A stretch of 64,000 nt of DNA from Strigamia acuminata (lineage: Eukaryota). The notes below the pieces were generated by a model. That model was not told the origin of the DNA. It saw only the letters and a list, made by a program, of their open reading frames with translations, and ran no database searches. Every line of letters starts with the position of its first letter. Position 1 is the stretch's first letter. The position numbers and the translations under genes are program-made. Positions 13,701-26,131 of the stretch are shown in pieces. The stretch spans positions 20,646,001 to 20,710,000 of the forward strand of contig OX442314.1 in NCBI GenBank assembly GCA_949358305.1, read 5' to 3'.

Positions 13701-16700
13701 ACACTATAACATCCATGTCTTCGAGATTGGGTTCATTCGCTTGACTGCGTTCGAGCCAAAGATGAGCAACGAACGCATCAGGTGGCGACTCCCGTCCGCC
13801 CACGCGCGTCCTATGAATATTTCATTTCCTCATATGACTCTGCTTCTTCGTCAACCAACCACGCCGTGTCGACCCAGTGAATGACAAGTAAACGAACACA
13901 CCAAATCCTATTCCTATAGACTCACAAAGTTAACAACTTTGTTCTATTGGAAAAATTCCCAGGTCACATTTGCCTGCGAAATGCAATACCAGGTACTCGT
14001 CAAACTTCCAATTTAAACGTCAAAAACAAAAACCCAACGGCTCGAAACAACATTTTTAGAACTTGTTTTCTACTTTTTTGTCTCACCAATATCATGTCAA
14101 ACAGTGAGCAGTTAATAAAGCATTTTCATTCCGCCCTACTGAGCACTATTTTACATACAAAACCGATAACCTTAAATCACCAATCAAATTGCACCTCACT
14201 ACGCCGACTCTTAAATTGAAAGGAGAGGAGGGGTCCATCATATCTAACCATTAATTGCCAATTTATTTCCACCAATGGAACAAATTAATCAACCAATGAG
14301 GAAACAGAGACCCGTGATGATGAGGAAGAGAAAAGAGGGGCGAAACAATCCGTGCACTAATTCAATATTACAATTTATTTATTATTATTTATTTATTTCA
14401 TATTTTACTTTAAAAAAAAACTAATTGGAACCGCCAATTGAATTTTCTCGTTAAATTCTGTCCGTATTCGACGTAAGAAACAGAAGTTGCAAACGGCAAT
14501 ATGCAACAATTGATGAAAAACATAAACTGCGATTGGTCGACACAAATTGACACGTCAACGTCCGAAAAGTCGGCTTTAAAAATCTGATGGCATCCAAAAA
14601 TTGGCACCAACTTTTACTATTGTCCCTAGGGCAAATAGCTGAGAAACTCTAGATCTCCTTGTCCAGTAACCCAAGTCTGAAGGGATTGGTGGACTACACG
14701 GGGCTTCTCCTCCTTGAAAGCTGATAGCCTGACTCACTCTGGCTCTTGTTATCACCAAGGCGCACGCACCCCACTTGCCAACAAACTAGTGGACAGATCA
14801 CCCCTGCGGCCGAAGGCAAGTGTGAAAGGCAGATTACAGCACACACTTTGAAATGGAGAAAAAGACGAGTTTTACACCCGCCCCTTAAACGAGGCAAATT
14901 CGTTTTCCAATAGTTCACTGCCCTCCTACCGGCTAAACTCTTAACGGGAAAGACCTTCCAACATACTTTGCGGTTAGTAAATCAATTTCACATCAACCAC
15001 TTCTGCATCGTTCCTATACTCATGACTTTTAAATTGAACCTGTTCTGATTAAATTCACAATTGGAATCGCCCAACGTGTTCGTCTATTATTAACATATCC
15101 AACTTGGTCAAAATTATTAACTCGGCACGTTTCGAATACATTTCTTGGATGTGCACTGCACATCTATTTTGTTTGTTGCATAAAGGTAATGAAATGTGTC
15201 ACGAACTTCACAACAACAAATTTTAATAACGAAAAGAGAAAAAAAAAATTTTGTTTTCTTTTATAAAAAAAAAAATGAATTATAAATTCACGCAACACTA
15301 CAATCTTAAAATTTTTTTTAGTACATATTGCACATTTTTTTGTAACGTCAAAAAATATTCAAAAAAAAGAAAAAATTATAAAAAAAGACATTTTTTATCT
15401 TTTGGAGAAGCTGAAATGAGTTGGTTGTTTTTCTCTCCTGTGATCAATGAAGTTGTCGACGTGCTCCGAAATAAATATCCCCACATGAAGGAATTGGATT
15501 TAACGCCGCCAAATCTAGTCGATCTATCTTTGGACTCGTTTGTCGTCGTAACCCGAGACGACACTCGTCTCCTGCAGAAACAAACTGAAACTCTCTATCT
15601 GAGATTTCTTTCCACCCTCAACAAAATAAACTACTTTATTTTTTAAATGTCGAAATAAATGGTAAAAAAAAAGTTGATAAAGAAGAAACCGATCGAGCAA
15701 ACTAACCCAATATCGTATTTCAGTCACCATTTCACCGAGAGAGAAAATACTAATGTTTATCTCTCAATTGACTTACCGTAATTGTATTGATATATTTCCC
15801 CTAAACACAGCTTAAAACCATGTAAAGTTCGCTTCGTGGTAGTTGACGCAACATTCGCGTGAAAGAGTTGGCTTAATTCAAGTGACTAAGGGGAATTCTG
15901 GTTTAGCTATTGTACAATGACTGTGTAATTGGTCGTTTATGGCTTGTGGAATTACATGCAATCAACTTGTTATTGACTCGAAATTAAATGACTCGAATAG
16001 CAATAAACGTATCAAAATGGAAAATACATTTCGTGATATCGCTTTACACACATGATGGTTATTCAATAGATAGTCCTACTCGTGTGACAACTTGTCCATT
16101 TCGCATTGATTTATTCAACTATTCTCCACATAAAATAACATCAAATTATTCCATTTAGACATAGTTTCCAGTCAAACGACACATTTCCCAACAACTATTA
16201 ACCGCACCCGATATTACTGCACAAATTAAACGCTTCTAAACACAAATCAAGCCTTTTCTCTCTTTCACTCTTTATCATTCCCAACCCATCTACCTTCTTC
16301 CACCTCCTCACCAAGAAGTAAAACGAAAAAATATATATATTTACACATTCTGCAGGCGTTCATTTAAGGTCCTAAATTCAATTTCTTCTTTCAAGAGAAA
16401 AGGCCCCACGAGATTTCAATCCCCCTTTTTCAATGACCACCCATATTCCACAGGAGTGGAATTTTGTTTCCTCAAAGCTGATGTGTACCCATATCCATCT
16501 ATCAATCCAACCCACACTGTTTTCATTGATCTCCTTTATCAAACAATCCATCAGCTATTGATCACTTGAAGAGAGCCCAGAAACTCCCATTCCAATAAGA
16601 AAACCAAGATCAAGGACAAAAGCCAGAAACTACTCATTGAAGTTGTACTCAAGACCAAAAGATTGCCCAACAAGATATATTGATCCAAGTATTTAGTACC

Positions 16701-18685
16701 ACCTAACTGCATACAAATAATACTCATTTTATATACAGCACATATTGATGTTATTATCTTTTTTTTCCTCAAGTAGGTCTGCTAGAAAAACGGTGTGTGA
16801 TTATAGGAAAAGAAAAAAAAACAAGTAGGGAAGGAATTGCCAATGACCAACTTTGTGCAGCCATATCTAGTGCAGCACGAGAGGGTTTTGGTAGAAAAGA
16901 GACAACAAGCATCAATAAAATGCAGAGGGGGTTGCACAAGACTATGGGTTTTTATCACTGCACAGCTAGTTTTTTGGAAGCAAGTAGAAGAGGTTTCTGG
17001 TGGCCATCAGTCCCCCTTCTTAACAACTTTGTCCCCTCACTCAATAGCAAGCATCGAAAAACAAAAAACAAAAAGAAAAAAAAGAAAAAATGTCAAAGTC
17101 TGGAGATATTGAGTGACAAAGAAGAGAGTTAAGTTGAAAGAACGAAAATAAGATAAACTTAAATCCCTAAAAGAAGACAACAGATAAGAATGTGCCACAT
17201 CTATTTGATTTTAAGTGGGAATGGGAAATAAATAATAGCTACATACAGTACAGTAAGTTATTTAGACTTGTTTATCTGCTTTAAAACTGTCTAAATCGAT
17301 GTTTTAGATAGCTCTTCAAATAAAAAAGAAGATATAAAATAAAATAAATTTATCTAAATTGTGCGCACGAGAAGTCCGATTGATAAATATTTGAAAAATA
17401 ATTCCAAGCAATTGATTTTATTTGTTTTAGTTTGTCGATAGTGTAGTTTAAATGTCTAGGTTTTATTAAATTTATATTTGTAAATGTTAAAGTTAATTTC
17501 AAAAGTGGGGGAAATTTATTAGACACAGATTTGCATTGATATATCATCGACGAGTGGTTTAATCAAGGATAAGAAAAATGAATGGGTTGTAAAAGAAAGG
17601 CAGAAAATTACTTCGACGCAAAATTGAATCGAGAAAGGCGAAACAAGAGAAATAGAAAAACCCGGTTGAAAGAGAAAGAAAGAAAGAAAGAAATGTTCAA
17701 ATTGAAATTCATTTTCATTAAGCCAAAGTGTGTTAAAGAAAAGAAAAAAAGTAAAAGGAAGAGAAAAAAAGTAAAAAGTGAAGGAAAAAAAATTAGTCTT
17801 TGCATAGAATTGCATTAGGAAAACATGAAACAACTCGTCTAATCAAGACGAGAACGATTGGAAAGTTAAAGACAAAGGTGAATTTGCAAATGAATTTAAT
17901 AAACACACAAAAAAATAAGAAAATGAGATGAGGTCTAATAAAATCCAACATCGTAAATTCATTAAATGTATCAGCCATACACATTTCTCAACAATTACCC
18001 ATCAGCCGCCAAATATTCAAAAAAATTCTTCGTTTTATCATTTCACCCAGCTGTGTCGCTTTGACTGGAAAAGCAAGTTCAATTCACCGAAAACCTATCT
18101 AAAATAAAAATTCAATCCTAACCAAATGTAATTATAATTACATCGCAATTAATGTAGCAATTTAAAGTTCACAACATCGAGATAAATCAGTATACCAACG
18201 CAAACTTGACGAAAATCAATGCGCATAAATAAATAAATCACCCATTCTCACGTATTTTAATGCACTTTAAACACATTTTAATAACAAGCAAACCTAATGG
18301 GATTATGCACTTTGCCACATCTCACAAACAACTCACAAATCCCCAGTTAGAAAACACCCAATTCATTACGCAATCACATATTGCAAAACATATCCAATTC
18401 ATTTCCAACACGCTCTTTATTCTGCGATCGTTCACTTTCCACGTTGCGTGCGTGGGCCAAAAGAGATGAAAAATGTTGCATCTTCCACGGGGCTCTTTTC
18501 CATAATGAACCGAATCTAAATCTGAATAACTCTCGCTCCCTTCCTGTACACGAGACATGTTGAGCATGGCGTGCTCGCATGCATAACTGACACAGCTCAA
18601 ACCCATGAATATATGGCCCTGCTCTCAATGAAGACAAGGTGCTCATATTACATATCAAGAGCGAGTGAGACCGAGGGGTGGTGGG

Positions 18686-18720
18686 TTGCGTTGCGTTGCG
18701 TTGCGTTGCGTTGCGTTGCG
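18686..18720 (+). repeat. Perfect pentanucleotide microsatellite (TTGCG)7
   Basis: Read directly from the sequence. Confidence 0.95.
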
Positions 18721-21700
18721 AGCAATTTGCTCTCTCACTCTCTCTTCTATTACTTTTTCCACGTGCCAGATATTATTGTATTATCCAGAGACATATCAGG
18801 TAAATCTCCAGTTGAAATAGAACAATTCATCATTTGTCAACTTCAATTTTCCTTTTTCTCTTCATTTTTCCACTCCCCATTCAGCAAAAATAGCGTTTAA
18901 CTCGCGCTTTTTCAATTCATCGATCAATCAGTTCAGTTTGTCTGTTCGTATAAAACAAGTAGAAAAATGTAGAATAAAATTTACTTATTTGTGCGCAACT
19001 TTCACGACCCATCCCATCTTTAAGGCATTAAATTTTTACTATACCCGACCCGCTTAACCATTAGCCACCATAAAAGTCCAAGAAAAGTTGCCAAGCGTAT
19101 ATTTAAAACATAAAGCTCTTCTAAATTCAATTTGCCTAAAGCTTTGCAGGGGTTAAGTAGACAAATTCTACACAGCAACAAGTCAATTAAACAACTTTGT
19201 CGTTAATATTTAAACAGTTTAAACACTTTCTAGACGTTTAAAAATGCTCAAATCCCATAAATGACATCTGATAGCGATTTACCCGGCCAATACCAATACG
19301 AAAAAAATTATATTTGTTGTAACAGATATTCCTTATCTTGCGCATATAAGATAACGGTTAAAGTTTGTTTACAGTTTGCACCAGCTTTTATATCTGAGCT
19401 TTATGTTAGATTTTTGAGCCACTAAACCCAATCTTTCTGCGAGTAAAATTCTTTATACCTGAGGAAAAAAAAAACGCATAACCATACATTTTATCACTCA
19501 ACTGCCAAGATTCAAATTTTGATGACGTTACCAACTTTTAAAATCTACAATAACGGTCTTTTTCCAACATTAAAAGCACTTCTGAGTGCACTGCATTTGT
19601 TTGAAGATATGATTTCAGTTCCTGATCTATGCATTCCAAACTATTATTATCATTGCACACAAAGCGACTGTACAAACATCATTTCATTTAACCTTTAATG
19701 CACTCTAAATTTTAGATTTTACTGAACCTAAAGCCAAACCAAATATCAACATTTATGTTTCCTCGTTTTAAGCTCAAAATGGATATTGAAAAATTAAAAA
19801 AAAAAAAAATTCTCGTCCTTCTGTCTTGGGAACAAACTTTTCGTCAATCCCCGGATTAGATCTTACAAATGGCGTACAAGTTAAAACATTGCGCAGCAGA
19901 GGAAATTGTGACCGGTTGAATTTTGGTGTCATGGTGATAGAGGGGTAGGGGACAAGACAAGAAGAAAATAACCTAGGTACATAGTCATGCCAAGCACGTG
20001 CACACATAGGCGTGATAGAGATGTGGCAAAGTTAGTATGATCCAGCAATACATTTGTTGGTGAGAAGGCTTTGCTATGAGACTGGAATATTGGATGCCAT
20101 TTCTTCCCTTTTTCCTTTTTTTGCCACATTTGCACCACTGCACACTCCTTTTCTTCCACTTTATGGCACCTCGTGCATTAGAGGTGAGCACTGAGATGGC
20201 TTCTCGATTGTCTTCCATCCCACAGCTTTATTTATTTTTAAAGCTATAAGCGCAGTCTAACATCACAATCACCAATAATATCAAAACTGCTATGTGTGTA
20301 ACCTTTTCCCCATCATCAATGATCTGGTTTAACACTACCCCCACCTCGCACATGAAAAATGAAAGCGATCACGTGGAATGAAATAAAAATACTTTCCTTT
20401 TTATTGAAATTGAAACTCTAAGGTATTTATTTTCACATATATTTGTTTCCAATATTAAAGCAATAACAACAACAACAACAACTCACCTAATTTAATCAAT
20501 CAAAAAAAATAAAACAAGAGAAAGAAATCACCCATGAGATTCAACACGATTGGCAGACAACCCATTCAATGTCTATGGAGGATTTCCCTAAAGACCATTA
20601 CCGTAATTGCTACCAGTAAAACGGAAACTGAGAAGTAACAGACAAGTTCGACAAGTTAAAAAAATTATGTAGTTAAAAGTAACAAACGGCAATTCGGATA
20701 TTCTAGAATAGGAAATTCATACCTTTACTATGCCTAAAAGTTACAAAGGGCGATTGGGTGGGTTCTACTAAAAACCGAATTAACCCATAAGCGCTGTCTC
20801 GTGGCAAAATACATTAAACAAACATCCCAACTGAATTACCATTTTGCGTGCACTAGTTTTTATTTGAGTTTATACGAAAATAATTTTGGTATAAAATATT
20901 TAGAAAAAAGTTATAAGTAAGTTGAACCCTATTTTTCAAGATACTTAATCATTTACAGAATAGGCTCATTAAATTTAATTTCTGTCTGAACGTAAAGAAT
21001 TGTCAATTTACCATTTGCTATTGCAAATGCTTCGTTTGCAGTTGACATTTCTCATTGGGTATTCAAAAAAGATAAGTTAAATAATTAACCCACAGCAGAA
21101 ATTAAATTTCAAAGCAGTTTTCGCCCATCTCTTTTGTTATTACTTTATAATTTAATTATAGAAGAAATCTAAAAATCTAATTAGTCGCTACAATTAAAGT
21201 AGTTTAACTGTCAATTTGTGTTTCTTCATTGCCCCGATTAATACCGAGAAAGTTATGTTTAATTTACGGCTCAACAAACTGGTAAAAGTCGTAAATCTTA
21301 ACTTTTTTTCTGCATACGAAATATTTTCGCTTAAATTCATATATAATTAATTTTAAAATATTACTATTTAATTTCCAAAGACGTTTTCTAACCAATTAAA
21401 AATGAAATAGTCTTAGAAATAATTGATTTTTCATTTCAATTGTCACACACTATACCAGTAGTTGTTCAAATCCCCTTTCTCTCTCTTGAACAAGCCAAGG
21501 TGTTTTAAAGCTGAGGGCAGTTAATTCGCCTTTTTACTTTTTAATTTTTAATCCTATTAGTATTCAGAATCCCCAATCAATTTTCTCATTGCTGTCTTTA
21601 AAAATGTATTGTTTATCATTCTCCCATGGAATTGTTATTCATTCCTAACGCTATTTACCGTAATTTTTATTTTACTTCCTAACCTCTACGATCCTGTATT

Positions 21701-23532
21701 GATTACAGATGTTTAATGCATTGTTTAGTTAAACATTCATGGTATACATTTTACTTACCATATGTCTGTTAATAAATTTATAGGCTTAGAAATCAGCTAA
21801 ATTCAGTTTGGCAATCCAAGATGGGATTTAATTTAGCTGCCTATAATTTTCGAGTGTAACTCTTACGCCTATACAAATTGCAAATTTCGAAAATCCCATT
21901 TCTACTTGAGCTTATCATCGTTTCCCACATTTTAGCCAATATTTTATAACCTAATAACTGCATATATCATTTCTTGATCCTGCAGCGAGCAATCCAATCA
22001 AACCGAAATTGCATAACTAAGGATTCTCCCGAATCATAAAAAGCCTCAATCAACACCAAACACAAAATTAAACGCAATAAAACTGCTGAGAAGCCAAAAC
22101 GGCTTCTCTTCTCTTGATTTCTCCAAACTTTCAATTATTTAAAATCAAAAGAAACCGTTCCTCCGATTATGAGCGCTGAATGCAGCTAATATCTCTCTTA
22201 TAACCAACATTAACTGGAAACCCCACAATCTCGTAATATTCACTCAGAAAGACTACTGGAATACAGCCTAATGTAATTTCAATGAGCAATTCACGTTCAA
22301 AATGACTGGCGGAGAACTTTTCAATTTGCATCTCAAACTCGAGCCCCCACCATCTCGAAAAGCGAGCCCCAATGGTCAGACTAGAAAATTAACTGCCAAA
22401 TTAGTTTCCGATCTTCTCCCACGTCATCCCATTCCCCTCAACCTCCAACTATGGCCGTTACTCCTTTTCTCTTTAACTGCCTCCACTGCAGTCCGGGCAG
22501 CTGGCTTTGCAAATTCCCCTGCTTCATGTTTCTTAATAATTCAGCGAGCTTACAACAGTGTTTCTTTAATTAACTACACTTGTGCCAGAAGCCCCCATTC
22601 CACCCACATACCCCCACTTTCTCATTCCGAGCGTGCACATGCATCGAGTTGGCACTAATAAGTATCATCTCATATAAAATTAATACCAAATTTTAAAAAA
22701 ATAAATTAACAAAATATTTTCTCCTTTACAGTTTATTCATCTGATTTATTCCGGTTAAATTAAACTGAAAAACTTATTGTAAAGCATAAACGGTGTCAAT
22801 GGATGCGTTAATTGGAGTTCGCGTTAACAAATATTTAAGTCATCTCAAAAAAATGAAATAAATTTGCTTTTAATGTATTACCAAATGAGCAATTAGTGTA
22901 ATTAACTCTATTTTCGTGATGTCTTTTTTTTTTAGCTGCCTTCTTCGTCCCCCTTCCTCCATTTACCAGCTTATGAAAAAATTATTTTATACACGAAGAA
23001 AAAATGAGGAGCGATGATGTTGCAAGCAGTGCCAGCACAAGTGGCAAAGAAGATAAAAAGAAGGTAATTCTGCAATCTCATTAATATTCCATTGTCTACA
23101 GAGATTAACAAGTCTCTAGAGTGAAAAGAAAAACATGGCGCCCCATATCTGACAACTAAGAAGATGAAAAAATCCCCAAACAAAAAAAAAATGTGCGAGA
23201 GAAAAATGGGGAGGAAGCGTTGCAGGATGGTCTGCTATGATTGTCTAGAGACGTTTCTACAACATTTGCCACCAACAGAAATATAAAACATAATATGCAA
23301 GAAGATAAAAAACACTTGCACTTACTCTCAACAACTCCCTTAGGGTAATTTTCGTGTAGAGAGCAGCTAAAATAAACAACAATATGCGTATGCACTGAAT
23401 AAAGAATATGCGCGTGTATAACGCGCAATTCTTTACTTTTTTATTATTCAAGTAATGAAAAAGGTGTCTATAGTTTGTAGCTCCGCCAGCTTTAACCCGT
23501 TGGTTTAATTAACGCAAGAATTCAAGCTAATA

Positions 23533-23742
23533 CTGGATGGGCCAAAAGTCACGAACGGTTTTGTTTTTTGAATAACTTTTTCGTTTTTTATTCATTTTTA
23601 ATTTTTATTTTTGGTCGTGAATTTTTCCATAACTAATCTCCCAACTCTTCTTTACAAAATGGTTAAAGAAAAATTAAAAACGAATTAAAAATGAAAAAGT
23701 TATTCAAAAAACAAAACCGTTTGTGACTTTTGGTCTACCCTG
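23533..23742. mobile_element. Tc1/mariner-type MITE, 210 bp, about 78-bp imperfect TIRs, TA flanks
   Basis: Left end CTGGATGGGCCAAAAGTCACGAACGGTTTTGTTTTTTGAATAACTTTTTC... aligns without gaps to the reverse complement of the right end CAGGGTAGACCAAAAGTCACAAACGGTTTTGTTTTTTGAATAACTTTTTC..., with about 9 mismatches in 78 bp. TA lies at 23531-23532 and 23743-23744. TA|CAGGGT termini are typical of Tc1/mariner. No ORF. Confidence 0.85.
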
Positions 23743-23957
23743 TATAAATGAATGCGGGTTATGTACAGAAAAATGGTTATTTTTATGCTGAAGTCCAGCT
23801 TGAATTCACTATAGTGCTCATAGCTGTAGAAAATTAATTTTGTAAATTGTTTACAAACGGGGAAAAAACAACTCCCGTTGGTTGGGCTCGTCTTTTCGGA
23901 GAATAACTCAACAGATTAATAACACTAAACGTAATAGAAAATAAAAGTGTCACTGAT

Positions 23958-24420
23958 GGCTGCATTCAAAAAGGTTTTTTTCAAAGCCTGTGCTTTATTT
24001 TGCTGTGTGTTCTGCTTAGTTTTTTTTAGTGTAGGTGTTTTATATTTGTGTTTACAATCGTGCTTTAGTATCAAAATACCCGCAAATATGGGACTCGCTG
24101 ACTCGTAATCATTCATCATTGGTAAATATGATTTTAAATGGTTTAAAATCAGTCAACTCGCATAAAAGCTCGAATAAAGAATACAACATTGCATGGAAAA
24201 CAAGAAAATTAAATGCATGCATACAGACAAGCTTGATTTCGCGACGTGCAGATGAAGCGAGAACAAAATGGCCACCATCAAAACACAATCTCGCAAAACA
24301 CTTCCAGTTATTTGTTAAAACGCTGGATTTTAAATATTTGTGTTTTGGTGTATTTTAGGTCATTAAACACAAACATTCAAAGCGGTTTGGCATCACAAAA
24401 CCAAAACACTTAAAAATCAA
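23958..24420. mobile_element. Degenerate copy of the same GCTGCATTCAAAAAG-ended family
   Basis: GGCTGCATTCAAAAAG at 23958-23973 is followed by GTGTTT-rich sequence, with AAACAC-rich sequence near 24366-24412. The right boundary is uncertain. Confidence 0.45.
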
Positions 24421-24473
24421 TTTTGTTGCTTTAGTAAAAATTTTTAAAATTTAATTTTGTGATTTGACAGTTA

Positions 24474-24598
24474 GCTGCATTCAAAAAGTCGTGTTTTAAG
24501 TGTTTGTGTGTGTTTGTGTATGTGTTTTTGTATTTTTTAACATGGCAGAACAAAAACAAACACCTAAAACACTTGTGACACGACTTTTTGAATGCAGA
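24474..24598. mobile_element. Short MITE with perfect 20-bp terminal inverted repeats, possibly PIF/Harbinger-like
   Basis: CTGCATTCAAAAAGTCGTGT (24475-24494) is the exact reverse complement of 24578-24597. The interior is GTGTTT-rich on the left and AAACAC-rich on the right. TTA precedes the left end. The superfamily call is inference. Confidence 0.7.
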
Positions 24599-26079
24599 TA
24601 CTTATTCCTTATTCGGAAATCCGTTGACTAGTTTAGAAACACAGTATAGAATTTCATGTTCCAATCTACAATGGCTCCATTGTCATCTCTTCTGGAACTC
24701 AAACTTCCTGTTAAAGTTCCAGCAAAAAATAAAAAAAAAAAATTTTTTTTTTAAAAAAATATTTAATTTTCCGAAAACCTTCCAAGAACTCTACGAGTAG
24801 TTCCGAAACTCAATAAAGAATTACTCCACTTTTCATGAATTTCATGCATAAATTAAATTCAAACAAACAAATTTTTTCCTCAAAACAGAACCCTTGATCA
24901 ATTCAGTCCGTGAGTAAAAAACATCTGCAGACACTTGAGAGAAAGTCACTTCAAAATCCAAGCAGAATATGCTTCATTACATCCAAAGAAGCGGAACTTG
25001 AAGATCCCTTCCTCGTCACCACACAACAAGTTAATAAATAAAACGGAATATAAAGAAAATAAAAACTAAAAAAAAAAAAAAAAAAACATTCCCCAAGTCA
25101 CTAAAAGAAAAACCTAAACAAAATTGTATTCAAACAAGTCTAGAGGGAGCCTCTTTTTATTTTAATATTCAATATTTTCCTCGTCCTCCAGTCATTTGAA
25201 AAACCCTAATAACAACTCAATTCCAATTGCCTCATCTGCCTAAATACATTGCATAAATAAAGTGCAAGTTGATAACACTCGCTATCTCGTATAATTTCGC
25301 CAAAAGCAAATAAAGCTTATTATCATTTCAATGATGATGAACTTCTATTACACTTGGGTTATTGAATTTTCTAACCGAGTGAAAATGAAGCCAAATAATA
25401 ACATTTTAATAAAATATATGTATAAAAAGGGGGGCTGGAGATGGGAAATTGCTACCAACTCAACTCAATTATGAATGGAAGAGAGAGAGACGAAAAAAAA
25501 AGTGTTAGCAATTTCCCAGTTTCAAATTTCTTTAAAGAAAAAAAAATATGGTGTTTACTCTAAAAGTAAAAAAGAAAAAAAAAATTTCTCACAAGAGGAA
25601 AATTGAATAGTTATATAGCATAGTCGAATTGGGAAAAAAGTTCAAAGTTGTAATGGCCATTGGGAATTGAGTCATTTGAGATTTAAAGAACATTAAAAAA
25701 GAACAAATAAATATATTATATAAACCTTAAAATAAAAACGTTTTTGTCGTTATTCCTTGTTTGGCGGTTGTTTTCAATAAAAATAAGAAGCATGAATTGC
25801 AAGAAATTTCATCAGAAGCAATTTGGACTTGAAAACAGTTGGCAATGACAGATCAACATCGTTTATCACACAAATCACAAACAATGCCAATCATTTTTAA
25901 AAAATATATTTTTTTTTTTACTATTAAGGTTCTTAAATCCTATCTGGAAAATTATTGAGAACCTCGAAAATTGCCATTTTTCATATCCCCGAACAAAAAC
26001 TTTAATCAATTTTGTTTACAAAACCATCACATTTTTTTGTGTACGTAATGAAACTTACAAAAAAAAATACAAAATAAAT

Positions 26080-26131
26080 AAACAATTTTATAAAAACAAT
26101 TTTGTAAAAACAATTTTGTAAAAAGCAATTT
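26080..26131 (+). repeat. Short tandem repeat, about 14-bp unit AAAACAATTTTGTA, 3-4 copies
   Basis: Read directly from the sequence. Confidence 0.8.

Noticed and set aside
13775..13790. CTCF-like core CAGGTGGCG
   Set aside because: A partial match only, with no supporting evidence.
15251..15646. Longest ORF in the track (131 aa, + strand)
   Set aside because: Non-ATG start, an N-terminus made of A/T runs, no recognisable domain, and antisense inside the CELF intron.
17519..17833. Lys/Arg-rich and Phe-rich ORFs (also 37839-38051, 49130-49495, 59423-59694)
   Set aside because: They are translations of low-complexity A/G or T/C tracts.
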